A stretch of 62,541 nt of DNA, filler included, from Choristocarpus tenellus KU-1152 (Eukaryota > Protista > Phaeophyceae), in the NCBI GenBank assembly GCA_964200185.2. It is 12 parts of 12 records of this genome, joined end to end, with 100 filler letters (N's around TTAATTAATTAA, not from the genome) between each part and the next. Parts side by side here need not be neighbours in the genome. Positions count along the whole stretch, not along the records: positions 1 to 6,696 come from CAXNAD020007545.1; positions 6,797 to 12,946 come from CAXNAD020008821.1; positions 13,047 to 20,062 come from CAXNAD020006856.1; 9 more parts are not named here. One strand, given 5' to 3'. The position numbers and the translations under genes are program-made. The notes beneath the pieces were generated by a model that was given only the letters and a program-made list of their open reading frames with translations, had not been told where the DNA came from and made no database searches. Of this stretch, positions 1 to 13,085 are shown one piece after another. Numbering within the stretch: the first letter of the stretch is position 1; each line of letters opens with the position of its first letter.

Positions 1-66
1 AATCGCGACATGAAAAAAATTGACCCCAAATGGACAGCCGCCACCCCCTCCCAGATACTTTGAGAC
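1..66 (+). mobile_element. MITE family A, right-end fragment
   Basis: CCCCAAATGGAC...CCCAGATACTTTGAGAC matches the right end of the complete copy at 4603-4781. Confidence 0.85.
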
Positions 67-589
67 TTCTGTCGAGAAGTTTGAAACAATAAATTCAAAA
101 TTTTGAATTGGCAAAAGATAAAATTGAAACTTAAAATGCAAAATTGTCAAAAATTGAGTACCTTTTATTTACTTTGGTGAAAACACCAAAAAGTTTGATG
201 AGGGGAAGTCCTTACCCCCAGGTGCCTAGATAGGCCCTGAAAGACACTTTCACTCCAAGCATCACAGGCCTAGGCCCTGCCATATAGAGCATAATGAAGT
301 TAAATAAATCACATTCTGCGCCAACCATCCCCTTATCAATGTTATGGGAAATCGTTGCACTATAGGTATGAGGAATTGGGGGTGGTAACGTGATTATTGT
401 GTCTAGTGAAACCTCTACTAGTACCTCTGCACGGTAATAAATAGTTAGGAATTCCCTACTAAATCACCTTGAAGGTCTAAGGTATGCACAGACATCATGG
501 GCACACACGTACAATTAGCTAGTCCATTTGCTTCTTCACAGGCAAGGCTGGACCCACCCTGGCACATCCTACCCCTTCTACGCAGGCAA

Positions 590-1050
590 AGCCCACTCCC
601 TCCTACACAAGCACAGCCCCCCCCATGAGCCTCCCTTAATGTTGGAGCACCATGACTGCTAGCTGATGGAGCTTCCCCTCCTTGTTCCCCCCTCTAACAG
701 ACCACACAGCCCCCCCTATGTATTTCCTCCTGGTGCTGCTTGAGAGCCATGGCTACTAACTAGTATAGCTTCTCTTTTTCCCTCAAAGCGCAAGCCACAC
801 AACCTCACCCTGTGCTTTCCCTCCTATGCTGCTGGAGCACCATGGCCACTAGCTAGTGCAGCTTCTTCTCCTTTCCCTCAAAGCACTGTCCATCTCTGCA
901 ACCCAGGCACAGCACCCACTGGTCTACCCACACATTCTCGCTGATCATTTCCACCTGGAGCTACTGGAGCACAGTGGCGACTACTTGGCCGGGGTTCCCC
1001 TCCTATTTTTCCACTGGCACAAATGCCCCCCTCCTACTCTCACACAGCAT
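590..1050. repeat. Diverged tandem array, about 4 units of 90-130 bp
   Basis: Motif resembling GCTGGAGCACCATGGCTACTAGCTAG...GCTTC recurs near 644, 742, 834 and 966, each preceded by CACAGCCC/CACAACC-like sequence. Confidence 0.6.
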
Positions 1051-4000
1051 GCCTCCCTGCAGTACAACACCCCATCCTTTTCGCATTAAGTCGACCGCTA
1101 TTGTCGTTGCAAAAGAGATCAGAAGCACTTATCGGGATTATCACTGAACAAGGAAATATCGAAACGTGTTGTCTGAGTACATTTAGTTCTCTGAACAGGT
1201 GCTATTATGTTGACAAGGCATAAAGAATGGATTGCTATATGAGGCACAAGGATCAATGGTCGAGAGGGGTGTTACAAGTGACACCCAGCGAAGAAAGAAA
1301 GAACATATTCGCCCACATGTTCGTCTGAGGAACGGGCAAGAACACAACAAAACAATTGGAGCGCAGAGCAAACTCCCACCTCGGCCCATCTGGTTGCGTT
1401 GAGTAGAGTCCGTGTCCCATACCTAACATACCAACATCTTCAACGCGACTTAATGTTTCAGGAAGGGAAGCCCTTACCCTCATAACCATACTGAACTTGA
1501 AGGAAACCCTTTAGATCTCCACTTCGAATGGTAGCAATTAGGTTGGAAAAGTAGTTTTCGTTGGGACGGTTGCCTACAAATCCCATTTCTGACAATTCGA
1601 GAGGACCATCACACTATGAACAATCAGTAAAAGAGAGGAGCAGACACTGCCTCACTACTAACAAACACTGGCTGTTCAGGGTGCCGAGTGTAAGGCAAGC
1701 AAAGGATCCCCCAGGCATACTCGCCTCTCTTGTGTGTAGAACTAGGAGGTATGCCAAACCAAAACATCTATTGATGTAAATACCACACATCCCCTGCTGA
1801 ATTAGCGACGTCTCCGTCTTACGATTCAATGTGCGATGAACAATAATTGTTTCTTTGATGGATCATGAAATAATAACTACTTTGAAGTATTGTTATATAT
1901 GTACACTATGTATTAATATAGTAGTAGTATTTTATGGTGGAACTTTTTGAGAAGTGGTTAAAGAATTGAAAGATATTCATATTTTGTTTTATTAGTTGTG
2001 ATGAATCCATTATCTCCAATACGTAAGAATTTTTCTCATCACCCAACTATTTTATTCTTGATCTGGTCTTACTTGGCTATGAAGAACACCCCTTACATCT
2101 GTCAACATATCAATTGAGGTCTACTGGACAGCGCTATGCACCCAGGGAATCGGAGTTTGAAAAGGCAAGGTGTACTCATTCTTTTGTTTCCTGTGTAGAT
2201 ATTCCTGTAATGGGCAGCTTAATATGCCTGCACACGGTCGAACCTTCCCACCTTTCCTTGATTCGTTAGGTTCCTGAATCATGTTAACCCAGACACGTGA
2301 CGACAGATTAGAAAAGTGTTTCCAAAACTATAGATAGATGCAACAAGACAAGATGGTGCAATCCTTCTAACACCATGCATTCATCGTTCCCATATTTCGA
2401 TAGGAAGCAGATAGTGACCGAACCTGTGGAGAAAGACACAGAACCTATCACTACGAAGCGAGAGAAAGAAAGACTTGAAGGAACTTCGTAACTCTCTACC
2501 CGCTACATTTTATTGTCGTCTCGATTAGATCTCTAGTCTCTCCTGCCTCCGAGAATGTCGGAGGAAGAACAGACACAGGGCGAAGGTCATGAACACCTCG
2601 GCGCCATGATGTCAGAGCTAGAGTCCATGCAGGATGATTCTTGGCGGCTTGAGGTGAAGACCTCTCTTGTCCATGACAGAGTGGTCATGGAGTTTGTCCC
2701 TTTCCTTCTCACTTTGTCCAGTGTTGAGGACCAAGATAGAGGGACTGGCAAAGCAATGGGGGATGAAAGCAGCGGCCGCGGAGAGTCCTGGGGACATAGG
2801 TGCTCTCAGGTTGTTAGAAAAACATCGCCATGATGACACAGTACTACAACACGAATGGGTTCGTAGATGGACCAATTCGTGGATTGCTCATCACACTTGA
2901 GAAAAGTTTAGAACTGAATGTTCATATTTCTGCAACTCACCCCTTGTTACCACAATAGTTTTGGAATCTAAAAGTCAATGCTCTGAAGTACAAAATTATA
3001 TATGGACATTTTTGGAGAACACAGTTATCATCCCGTGACTCCTCCCACCCATGTCAAGATATTCTTCTTGGTTGTACTGATACTACTTGCACCTTCGAAG
3101 CAGCAGCAGATATTTTATCCCAAACAGACCACCGAGTCATAACGAGACAAGTCCTCAAGTTTTCCATGTGGGTCCTTGAGCTTTTGCGTGGATGGTTGTA
3201 TACCACTCGTCATTGACGCATTGCACTATCGTCCCTAGCCCCAACTCTAGTCCATACCTAGGTCTTGAGCGACAAAAACAACACAATCATCACTGCAATG
3301 ATATTTCTTATCTTGGAGTTGAAAATATCTACAAAGTCGGAAGTGTGAGTTATCAGTGTCAGCATTCCTAATCCACACTATAATATATGTACTTATATTG
3401 TTTAGTGGGGTTGATGCGTTGATGTCATATTTTACACTGGAGGGAGCATAGCGAAAAGCAAATATGTCAGTTGAATAAAATACTTGTTCCATCACTGGCC
3501 TCAGTCTTTCGGCTAATGCTGGGAAAAAGTGGGTTGGCGCATAAGGAAAGGGAATGGAATCAGTGTAGTGTTGTGAGAAAGTCTGAGGGCATGGAAGGAA
3601 AAGATACAAAATTACTGGAAGACTGTACTTAGTTGAGTTCAAGAAGGGGGGAGAGGGGTGAGGTATCAGACATATTTCTAATTCATGCCAGGTATTTATC
3701 CGATAATACATGTATGCGGCTAGTATCACTCAGGTACAAGAACCACTTAACAACGGAAGACCCCACCTTCGAAAGGATTTAGTTCACAAAGAAGTTACCC
3801 CGTTAGTTACGTAAATTGTCGATGAAGATAAAAGGTGTTATCAAATTGTAAAGCGAAAATTGTTCGTAGATAGTGCTGCTGGTACACTATAGATACCATC
3901 GGTGGAGTAGATTAGGAAATGCAGACACNNNNNNNNNNGGAAAGGTAGAGCCAGATATATGTTTCCGTATATTTCAGTTGGGCTCTACACAACGTTTATG

Positions 4001-4602
4001 TATGGCAGGGACCTGATATTTGATCATCAGTTGATGTATCATGTATGGCACGTATGATAAGTAGATGTGATTATTTTCTGATTATCCATGTGGAAGTTGC
4101 AAATCCCACATGGTAGGCTGCACTGGTCTTACCCACCTTCTCAGTCAGCGGAATCGAGACCAAGCCCCTTGTACTAATACTATTGCTCATCTACACCAAG
4201 CTGTTCTTTGTCCTTCATTAAAGCACCATAAAAGCGGCGGGTCCAGTGTGGGATAGTTCAACAATATTTTCCGTTCAACTACTCCCCCGATAGTGTTGCA
4301 AGGAAGAAGATAGGTGGGGGAGGGATATGAGCTCTTATAGTGCAGAGTGCTAGATACAGACTTTCTCAACTCAAAATGTAGGGGTGCATGTTTTGGAATA
4401 GACACTCTCATTTATATCAGAGATAACTACTATTATACATGTAGAGTCAGTCTGCAAGAGTTATTAGCAGGTGAACACATATCTGCTCTTACATATGAAT
4501 AGATGGATGGGAATTGGGTGTATTGACAACGATGGTTTAAGGCTGTATGGTCACCCCCTCTACATAAGATAATCACTCTACAACATTTGGCATTACCCCT
4601 TT

Positions 4603-4781
4603 GACCCAAAGTATCTGGGGGGGGGGAGAGGTCTACACCAGGGTGTCCACTTGGACCAAAATCAGGAAAAGTGCATTTTCATTATCCATCCGACGTATGC
4701 AACCAAATCACCCAAAAATCACGACATGAAAAAATTGACCTCAAATCGACAGCCGCCACCCTCCTCCATATACTTTGAGTC
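4603..4781 (+). mobile_element. MITE family A, complete copy (about 180 bp)
   Basis: Terminal inverted repeats GACCCAAAGTATCTG(G)n ... (C)nATATACTTTGAGTC, non-coding, about 10 related copies in the window. Flanks TTT/TTT. Confidence 0.9.
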
Positions 4782-4933
4782 TTTAATTGTCCCTCCCATC
4801 CATACATGAGTCGGGGGATAATCTAACACAACATATTGGAACCCTAGATTTCTACCCTTACCTATCATGTCTTCAGATGGAGAAGGAAGACCACCAGCTG
4901 AAGTCGGGCCCAGATTATCCGTAAGGTGTGAAG

Positions 4934-4985
4934 GGTTCCGAAATAAGGCAATCGATCATGGTTCCGAAATAAGGCAATCGATCAT
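4934..4985. repeat. Perfect 26-bp tandem duplication
   Basis: GGTTCCGAAATAAGGCAATCGATCAT x2. Confidence 0.9.
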
Positions 4986-6540
4986 TCCTGCCAAGCAGGT
5001 GACCCTTTTCCATCTCAGACGGCACCGTCCAACGCACCACGGACGTAAGGGGAGGCTCGTGGATTGGTGAGATGGAGCGCGAGAGAGGAGGAATTTTCGG
5101 TAGGTACCTGTGTCACTTGAAAGTGATCCACGGACAACAGCCGTTATTCCTATCGAGCTAATCCCTGCATATTATGACGGAGACAAGCGAGGCAATGCAG
5201 CCAGAGCTGCAGCTGTGACGAAGCCTGATGGATGGACCTAGAACAGTCACCACACTTATGCCTGAAGGGGCATGTCCATTGATTGGAGATGGAATGATTC
5301 TTGCTTAGAGAGCTAGAGAAGTAGTCGCCGTACCTGCCACCAAGAGGAGCTGAACATCAGCAAAAGCAGTAGCTAAGCCTCCACCAGAGGGGAAAGGAGC
5401 CGCTACATCTGAGGTGCTTGACATCATGGCATACCTCCACGACCCCCCACTCGCCTGTAAAAGGGCAGTAGTCGAGCCTCCAACTCCCAATGGAGAAGGA
5501 GCCAAGCTGACAACCCCCGGAGGGAAAGACCTAGTTAGTACCGATTTGCTTGCTGTGATGACAGACTTCGATGTCCCTCTGCTCGCCTGTGAAAAGGCTC
5601 GAGCGAAGTCTCCAACTCCTGAGGGAGAAGGAGTCGAGCAACCAACCTGTTAGGGGAAGGCGTTGCACTTTCTGAGGTGGTTACCACAATGGCAGACCCT
5701 GAAGACTCTCGCAGGGAAGGCACCCTGGAGAGGCAGGTGGTCGGCAAGGGCTGGCAGCACAAGACTGGGGAGGCTAGTAGGGTGGAGCTTCACAAGCCTC
5801 ATCAAGGGAGGCGAGGTGGTGACATGTTGCCTGAGCCTAAATATTAATTTACCCCCCCTCTGCCCTCGTACATTACCTGATCCATTGCAAACCGAAGTAA
5901 GTAGAATAAAAAGCACTTATGTTACAGGCGATATGTCTTGATGGCGTTTTCATAAACGCCATTATGACATTGAAGTTCTAGATTAGATATATTGGTACTC
6001 CTTGATTATTTATTTATTATTTGGTCATATGGTCCCCGATTGTGATAAGACATCGTGGATCAGTTCCTTTTATATCAGTAATCCGTGATTAGCGATTACT
6101 GATCATCCATAGAAATATGAATGATTTGGTGACAAGGACAACCCCCCCCCCGTTTGGATGGTGTTTCTCACTCCAACTTTCTACCTACTACAACATATCT
6201 GTGAAGGAATTAATCTACATATTTCAATATTAAGACTTGGGATCCTTTACATATTGTAGCATGCTAGCTAGCATACTTTAAAGTGTGCTGATTTCTCAAG
6301 AAAGCTAGAAATAGAAAGGGTCAGATGGAGTCCCGATGGTATCTGCTGTCAGTAATGTGAACATGGAGGATGAAAATGTTCTGGTGGAAGTATTGGGCTT
6401 CTATGATGAGGAGGATCTAGCGACGAGGGGGATCGTAACTTCAAGAAGGACTGCGGGAGTGGATCTGCAGTGCCTCATCCCACTTCCTTCAAAATTTGTG
6501 GTGTGTAATTGTGACGATGATGGGGAGGGATTTCCCACGT

Positions 6541-6696
6541 GACTCAAACTATCTGAGGGGGGGTGGCGGTTGTCCATTCGGGGTCCATTTTTCCATGTCA
6601 CGATTCTTGGGTGATTTGGTTGCACGCGTGAGATGGATAATGTAAGCACACTTTTCTTGGTCAGGGCCCGAATGGACACCTTGGTGTATCCCCCCC
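6541..6696 (-). mobile_element. MITE family A, inverted copy truncated at contig end
   Basis: Reverse complement of 4603-4781, broken in the poly-C tract at the spacer. Confidence 0.88.
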
Positions 6697-6796
6697 NNNN
6701 NNNNNNNNNNNNNNNNNNNNNNNNNNNNNNNNNNNNNNNNTTAATTAATTAANNNNNNNNNNNNNNNNNNNNNNNNNNNNNNNNNNNNNNNNNNNN
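6697..6796. other. Artificial 100-bp contig spacer N44-TTAATTAATTAA-N44 (first of 11)
   Basis: Identical spacer with stops in all six frames at 6697-6796, 12947-13046, 20063-20162, 23732-23831, 27310-27409, 34299-34398, 40972-41071, 44409-44508, 50925-51024, 56426-56525 and 59237-59336. Short N gaps also at 3929-3938 and about 45821-45829. Confidence 0.98.
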
Positions 6797-7026
6797 TGGG
6801 AGGGGGGGGGGGAGGACGGGGGGTGCAAAGCTGTAATCGTCTTACAAATGGGAGTATCGACCTTTAAAGGTAGAGATATTCTGGGTGATTGGGAATTAAG
6901 ATGGCAGGATGCAGGGATCAAGAAGGTAAAGTCCGTTCAAGGAGAAATTTGATGTGGAGCAAAGTTTTGTTTTTCGCAATGAACCCATTAAAAATTTCGT
7001 TACACCTCTGTGGTGGTTGCAGTCAC

Positions 7027-7804
7027 CTTTACATCGACCATCCCGGTTTTCTTGTGAGCTGAGCAATAACATGCCTTTTCTCCCTCGTGCCCGAATGTTG
7101 GCTGTCGTGTGCAAGTGAGCTCCTCACAGCGTGGGTGCTGCAATTGAAGGCATGCACAGTTGGAGACATAATATGGGTAGGTCTAGAACGAGATATGAAG
7201 AAGAAAGATGGCACAGGGAGAGAGATCATTGACAAATGACATTTTTTCCCAGAAATGATCACAAACTGGGCGAAGAAATAGTTGATACCATCCCTGCAAG
7301 TATGTGTAGGTTCAGGTACGGCGGCGAATTGTCTCAACAAGGAGTTCGGAGTAGAGACGAGTAGGTCTTTGAAATGGGCATCTGAAAATTGATATCCCTT
7401 CCTCGCAGTCCCTTGAGCTCATTATACATGGAGATCACCTTCACGTCCACCATCCCGTAAACCTTGTGAGTAGCACAGAATTGTGCCTTGTGACCTAGCT
7501 TGGCATACCGTGGTAATTTAGAACAGTCTAAGACCTGACAGACAAGCGCTTTCTTTTCTTCCACTATGAAGGTGGATTGCCGTGTTCTCTCAGACGCTAA
7601 TCCACCCTCAAGCTTCAAGCGCGAGTCCGCGGAGACAGCAATTGACATCTCCGTGATACTCCTCTTCATGCTAGACACTGGGAGCCTACATGAGGATTTC
7701 AGATGTATGGAAGCTTTGGAGGTCATAACCCTAGCCTTGCGTGGGTTCAAAACTTGAGCGATTCTGCAAACGTGTTCAACTCTAGATGAAGAGTTTACGT
7801 TCAA
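7027..7804 (-). CDS. EsV-1-7 Cys/His-repeat protein, partial (two exons, possibly decayed)
   Basis: Exon ending at 7439 encodes CQVLDCSKLPRYAKLGHKAQFCATHKVYGMVDVK followed by GTGATC. Exon 7137-7027 (TTGCAG ... GTGACT, 111 nt) encodes HPRCEELTCTRQPTFGHEGEKACYCSAHKKTGMVDVK. Both fit C-x4-C-x3-P-x-(F/Y)-x8-C-x2-H-K-x2-GMVDV. The 5' boundary of the upstream exon is uncertain. Confidence 0.85.
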
Positions 7805-8249
7805 GTCAGTGTTCTGTCTGTGATGTGGTCCTGGGCGTGATTACGAATGCCGCAGGTCTGAACTCCTGTAAAGTGATCAACGGGAAGAATCACATACGCG
7901 AGATGAATTTCTACTATAGTTTGGGCAAAAAATGAGAGAATGTCTGGTGGAACATGTTTAGACAAACGAACCCCTGGGTCTCTCCTGTCCCCTCGGGGAG
8001 ATGATGTGACAGAAAATTGACCTTTCGCTTGGAAGGTTTACGGTTTCAGGAGTTTCGGAATATTCCTACCTACTACTATATTATACACAATTTATTACGA
8101 CAACAGTCAGTACGTATTAGTTTTTACATTTTTTATTTATTTTTTATTTCAATTGAAAGTATGGTAACTTTTTTTGTTTTACATAAATACCATTTCAACT
8201 ATGATATCATAGGAATGATGTTGATGGATGGTGAGTATGAAGTGGTTAT

Positions 8250-9850
8250 TCAAATTAACAGAAAATGGGAACCAGATTTATACATGATAAGAAGAAGTAA
8301 TGTAGTGGTTGATGGATGAGTCCAAAAATCTGTTGGGAATAGCTTCCACTAATGATTGAGCTAAGAAGATACTCATTATGTGAAGAATTCGAGATTGAGG
8401 TTCGCCAAAGCAATCAATCTGTAGTGACTGTGCAATCGAGGAAACGCGGAGTGACACAAGAAGGGTTCTATCCCCCATTCGCTGTGACCAGCCGTGGGTA
8501 GACAGGATTTGTGTTGCGGGTGGGACTTCGCAACAACAGACAATAGCACAAGGTTGAGGGTTGCGTATTGGTGTGTAGGGGGAAACACTTAAAAAAATTG
8601 TGCCACTACGAAAGTTTGTATGGAGGATGATGAAGATAGATGTGACTCCCAAGAGGAAATATGGAAAGGTGAGGAGCTCTGACTCTAGATTGCACAGCGG
8701 CTCGATAATCTAATTTGAATATTGATTGAACCACTCCACAATGCTGAGAAACCTCATTGAAAGTTGCAGTAGTGCCTGCACATGGTCTCATTTTAGCCTG
8801 GGGGCAGTATCATGTTTCAGCCTATGTGATTTCACTCCTCAGAATCCTCGTAGCTTGCGTTTAAAGTAGTCGTGCCAATAGATGGCATCAAACGAACTAC
8901 CAAAATTATGGGTTATCTGCACTGGCTTACTCTTTACCTGTAAGGGCCGCACCAATAGTAGTGCCATTGGAAAGGTAGTAGGACATTTATTCCGTTCCAT
9001 GGTTGAGCACGCAAATACCGACTGGAGACAATGTATTTGAATGTGCTCAACTGGGCTCAAGCACGAATCTATCTCTGCTTTTTGACCAAACTTTACCTTA
9101 TTGAACGAGACGTGTGAAGTTGTGACCCAGTCCCAAGATACTAGGACCGATGCTGATGTGGCTGATCAGGCTTCAGAAGAGGAAGGAATGGTCTGTATGT
9201 AGCCTTGAGCTCTTGAGCAAAGAAGATTGATTGCGTGTATGACTGTGTAAACCACACGAGTAAGAGAAACCGAGGGATTCAACCTGGTACTCATTTTCCC
9301 TCTGTTTCCATCGGAAACAGAGTCAAGTCGTATACCTAGCTAGTTCAAGTAAGTCGGAGGGAATATACCGCTGTTGAACTTGCCCTATTCTGCCCTTCCA
9401 AATGCTTGTTAATAGGTCATGTGGAACCTCTCGCTATCGAAGTTGATACATTTCTCCCTGGCGGACTTGTGTAAGGAAGTAACTGTGTAGGTCACAGGAA
9501 AATCAATCGGTACTGAAGTCTTGCAAAAATCCGCCTACCGGTTATCGTAAGAGAATGATGCGGGAGTGAGATAAATACTAGGGTGCTACTAACGACATGG
9601 GTGTCACGGTTGAGCATTTGCAATATTGGTGTCTGCAGGAGTTGTGTACCTGTGCGATTTCACTGAGGTGAACTGGGACTCGGTATTCATCGTACATACC
9701 AGCATTATGTATCTGCACATACTCTGTGATGCGCCTGATCAATCATGCATTATCCACTTTTTGCTGATTTCGATCAAGCGTGCATTGAGTGGGATGATGA
9801 CTGTCCGACACAAGATGGATGTGGGGCAGGTTCTTACAATCACCACGTAA
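8250..9850 (-). mobile_element. Possible highly degenerate Ty1/copia pol relic
   Basis: Minus-strand KWIMHD*SGASQSM near 9720-9760 resembles the copia protease W-x-x-DSGAS-x-HM motif. YWHDYFKRKLRGF near 8850 resembles RT. Many stops and frameshifts. Confidence 0.3.
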
Positions 9851-9961
9851 CTACCAGATGATCCTACACTCTAGCATTCCTCACTCAATGTTTTGTTGAT
9901 CAGGCCTTTGTTTCGATTACAGTGTCAGGATACGTCGTCCCTACTACTACTACTACTACTA

Positions 9962-9992
<31 letters not shown>

Positions 9993-10063
9993 ACACACAA
10001 ACAAACATTCACGAATCATAGAACCAATCGTCTCCTTTCCCCTTGTTCTGCCCAACCCGCCAG

Positions 10064-10356
10064 CTGAGCAAGAAGTCCTAGCCCGAGAGGTGATTGAAGG
10101 CGACGACACGAACTGGTCCCTGTCTCTCATTCCACTGGTCCAAAATGGACCGAACCAGAACTCTATCGGTGTAGACCGGGGGCAGCCCTTACGCCTCGTA
10201 GGAGGCGTTGACATCAGCTACGTGAAAGGTAATAACAGAGATGCCTGCGCTACCTTGGTGGTTTTGGAGTTCCCCACCTTATCTGTTGTTTATGAGACAC
10301 ACGATCGCGTGGAGCCATGCATCCAGTACATCCCAGGTTTCCTGTCGTTCCGTGAG
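10064..10356 (+). CDS. ENDOV: Endonuclease V, internal exon
   Basis: CAG acceptor and GTGAGG donor. Encodes EQEVLAREVIEGDD...LVGGVDISYVKG..DACATLVVLEFPTLSVVYE...YIPGFLSFRE, the characteristic EndoV GGVDIS and YIPGFLxFRE motifs. Other exons not found on this contig. Confidence 0.92.
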
Positions 10357-10374
10357 GTGAGGTCGGAGTGAGGG

Positions 10375-10413
10375 GGTTAGGGTTAGGGTTAGGGTTATAG
10401 GGTTAGGGTTAGG
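10375..10413 (+). repeat. Interstitial (TTAGGG)n tract
   Basis: About 6 units just downstream of the ENDOV donor. Similar short tracts near 12465, 23972, 36083 and 43147. Confidence 0.85.
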
Positions 10414-10939
10414 GAGTTTGTTCAGTATGTTGTTGGTTGAATTTTTATTTGTCTTTTGTGGTTTTGAGGGGTGGGGAGTAAGGTGTGGAGTCATCGAGTG
10501 TCTCTATTAATGTGGAACACGTGAGGATGTTGAAGTGGAGGATGTTGAAGTGGAGGATGTTGAAGTGGAGCAAAGACACTCTTTTCTATTGATTTCTGTT
10601 TTCAGAAGTGTGTGTCATACATACGTGCATCAGAAACAATTAAACAATTCAGAGTACCACCTTACAGCATGTGGTTTTCAACAACAGTATGTCCTACGTA
10701 TGTATTGGTCTGACTACATACATGTGTAGAGCACTGAGTACGGTGATCGTTTTGTTGTGATAGTGCACTGTGAGTGAGTGTGTGTGTGTGGATGTGTGTG
10801 TGTGTATTGATGTGAATGTACGGGTGTGTTGTTTTCTGTACGTAGGTTTTATTAATCAAATTTTATTTATCAATGTTTTGGGGGGGTTTACCCCGCAGTT
10901 GCTGATTGTCGTGTGATTGGGCTGTAAATTGTTGGGTAA

Positions 10940-11440
10940 CTGATATTATATATATGTTATTATATCTGTGTTATTATATATATGTTATTATTATATCTAT
11001 GTTGTTATTATATTTATATTATTATTGTCTCTGTGTTATTAGTATATCTATGTTACTATTGTTTGTATGTTATTACTATATCTATGTTATTATTGTTTGT
11101 ATGTTATTACTATATCTATGTTATTATTTTATCTATGCTATTATTATATCTATGTTATTATTGTTTGTATGTTATTATTATATCTGTGTTATTTTATCTA
11201 TGTTATTATATCTGTGTTATTATTATATCTATGTTGTTGTTATATCTGTGTTATTATTATATCTATGTTGTTGTTATATCTGTGTTATTATTATATCTAT
11301 GATGTTATTATATCTATGTTATTATTGTTTGTATGTTATTATTATATCTATGTTGTTATTGTATCTATGTTATTATTATATCTATGTTGTTATTATATCT
11401 GTGTTATTATTTTATTTATGTTATTATTATATTTATATTA
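10940..11440. repeat. AT-rich minisatellite with GTTATTATTATATCTAT-like units
   Basis: Dozens of 14-17 bp variants. Generates the spurious Y/I/L/C-rich ORFs at 10906-11499. Confidence 0.9.
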
Positions 11441-11716
11441 TTCCTTCAAGCGAAAAAAACAAAAATAACCAAAACAAAACAGGGTTGAGAAGAAAGTGAT
11501 AAGGAGACCATGCAGTTCTCTCGCTTATTCACAATGGAATGTAGGGTGTAAACTGGAAGGATACTGGTCTGGCTGGGCATCACTCTCCTCTGTATTGCGT
11601 TTAAGAAGTAAGTCCAATCACTAATTAATGTCTGACAGTGACCATACTTCTCTTCCTTAGATCGGATACCAAGTGATTCATTTTTCTTTTTTTTAATTTC
11701 AAGTAAGAAAAACCCC

Positions 11717-11768
11717 ATTCAAACCAGGAGAAACATTCAAACCAGGAGAAACATTCAAACCAGGAGAA
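11717..11768. repeat. 18-bp tandem repeat x3
   Basis: CATTCAAACCAGGAGAAA repeated three times. Confidence 0.85.
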
Positions 11769-12625
11769 GCAGCCTTGGACCTTACCGGGTATCTGTGAAC
11801 GGGCCGGACCATTGGCCTTCCAAGTCAATAATGGCACTGGGTTGGTTCGATTATGACACATTTTTATGGTGCTGATGTTGGGCTGGTTCTCTGGTTGGTA
11901 CCAGGCTAGGCTGTTCATGTGTGATCCTTCACTATTATGAATATATATATATATATAATTTATGTGTTCATCTCTTGTATTCATTGTTCTGTGTCATGAA
12001 TATATAGAAATCACTATTGGCTCTATTCTTATAGAAATCACTACTGGCTCTATTCTTATTGGGTTTCATTTCTCGGGGCGCTTTTTTTCTTACTCCCTGT
12101 GTGACAACATCTATCTATCTATCTATCTATCTATCTCATCTATCTGCAAGTGGTCAGTGGGCACAATTGAGTATGTTGTGTATATATATATGTATATTTA
12201 TATATATATATATAGAGAGAGAGATAAATATAGGTATTATTGGTGCTTACATCATAGTTCAACTGCCTTAAGTACGTTGTATATATATATGCTGCGTTCT
12301 TACACATGAGAAGACAGCCCATGGTAGATGAATAGGACCATAGCAATCCTGATGGATAACCTTTTTACTGATGATGTCGGCCCGCCGAACTCAATACGCC
12401 TGACGGGGGGCTGACCTGGGAGAGAGGTGTTCTAGCAGGGCCAGTCTCAGGATTTTAAAGTACCCTAGCCCTAACCCTAAGACAAGTATCGGTGGGAGTG
12501 AGGTATGTTTTTTAGCAGGGCTGGACCAGGACCCACAGAAACGTACTGGGACTGTACTGGACTGGTCCGGCTATCCGCTGGTCGAGTTCTGGTGAAGAGA
12601 CCTCGAATTAGTTGGCTGAGAGGAT

Positions 12626-12683
12626 ATAGCATAGCGATAGCGATAGCGATAGCGATAGCGATAGCAATAGCGATAGCAATAGC
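12626..12683. repeat. (ATAGCG/ATAGCA)n hexanucleotide microsatellite
   Basis: Read directly, about 9 units. Confidence 0.9.
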
Positions 12684-13046
12684 GCAGCGGTTTTGACACC
12701 TGTGGACTCAGAATCGAATTGATTGCTTGTCGGTTGCTCTGTTAGTTCAGGCTCGGAGACACATTTGTCCTGGGATGAAGCCTGTGCATGGTATCGCTGA
12801 CTCAGCTCTGGCCACATCCTTTTTGTGTTGCGCCTGCATTTTTTTTTTTCCATGTAAATCGGGTGAATTCACTATGCACCATTTTTTTTTTTTTAATATC
12901 TTGTTGTTTTGGTATTTTTGTCTGTAACTCTATCCCTATCCCTATCNNNNNNNNNNNNNNNNNNNNNNNNNNNNNNNNNNNNNNNNNNNNTTAATTAATT
13001 AANNNNNNNNNNNNNNNNNNNNNNNNNNNNNNNNNNNNNNNNNNNN

Positions 13047-13085
13047 CTAGTGTACACCCCCTCCCCCCCCCAGATACTTTGGGTC
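13047..13085 (-). mobile_element. MITE family A end at contig start
   Basis: GTGTACA(C)nAGATACTTTGGGTC. Confidence 0.8.

Noticed and set aside
6741-6752. Recurrent TTAATTAATTAA palindrome and ORFs ending in XXX-LIN
   Set aside because: Assembly linker.
7027-7804. Endogenous phaeovirus segment
   Set aside because: EsV-1-7 repeats here are intron-separated like host genes and no viral core genes are nearby.
10906-11499. Long hydrophobic ORFs in three frames
   Set aside because: Products of an AT-rich minisatellite lacking stops.
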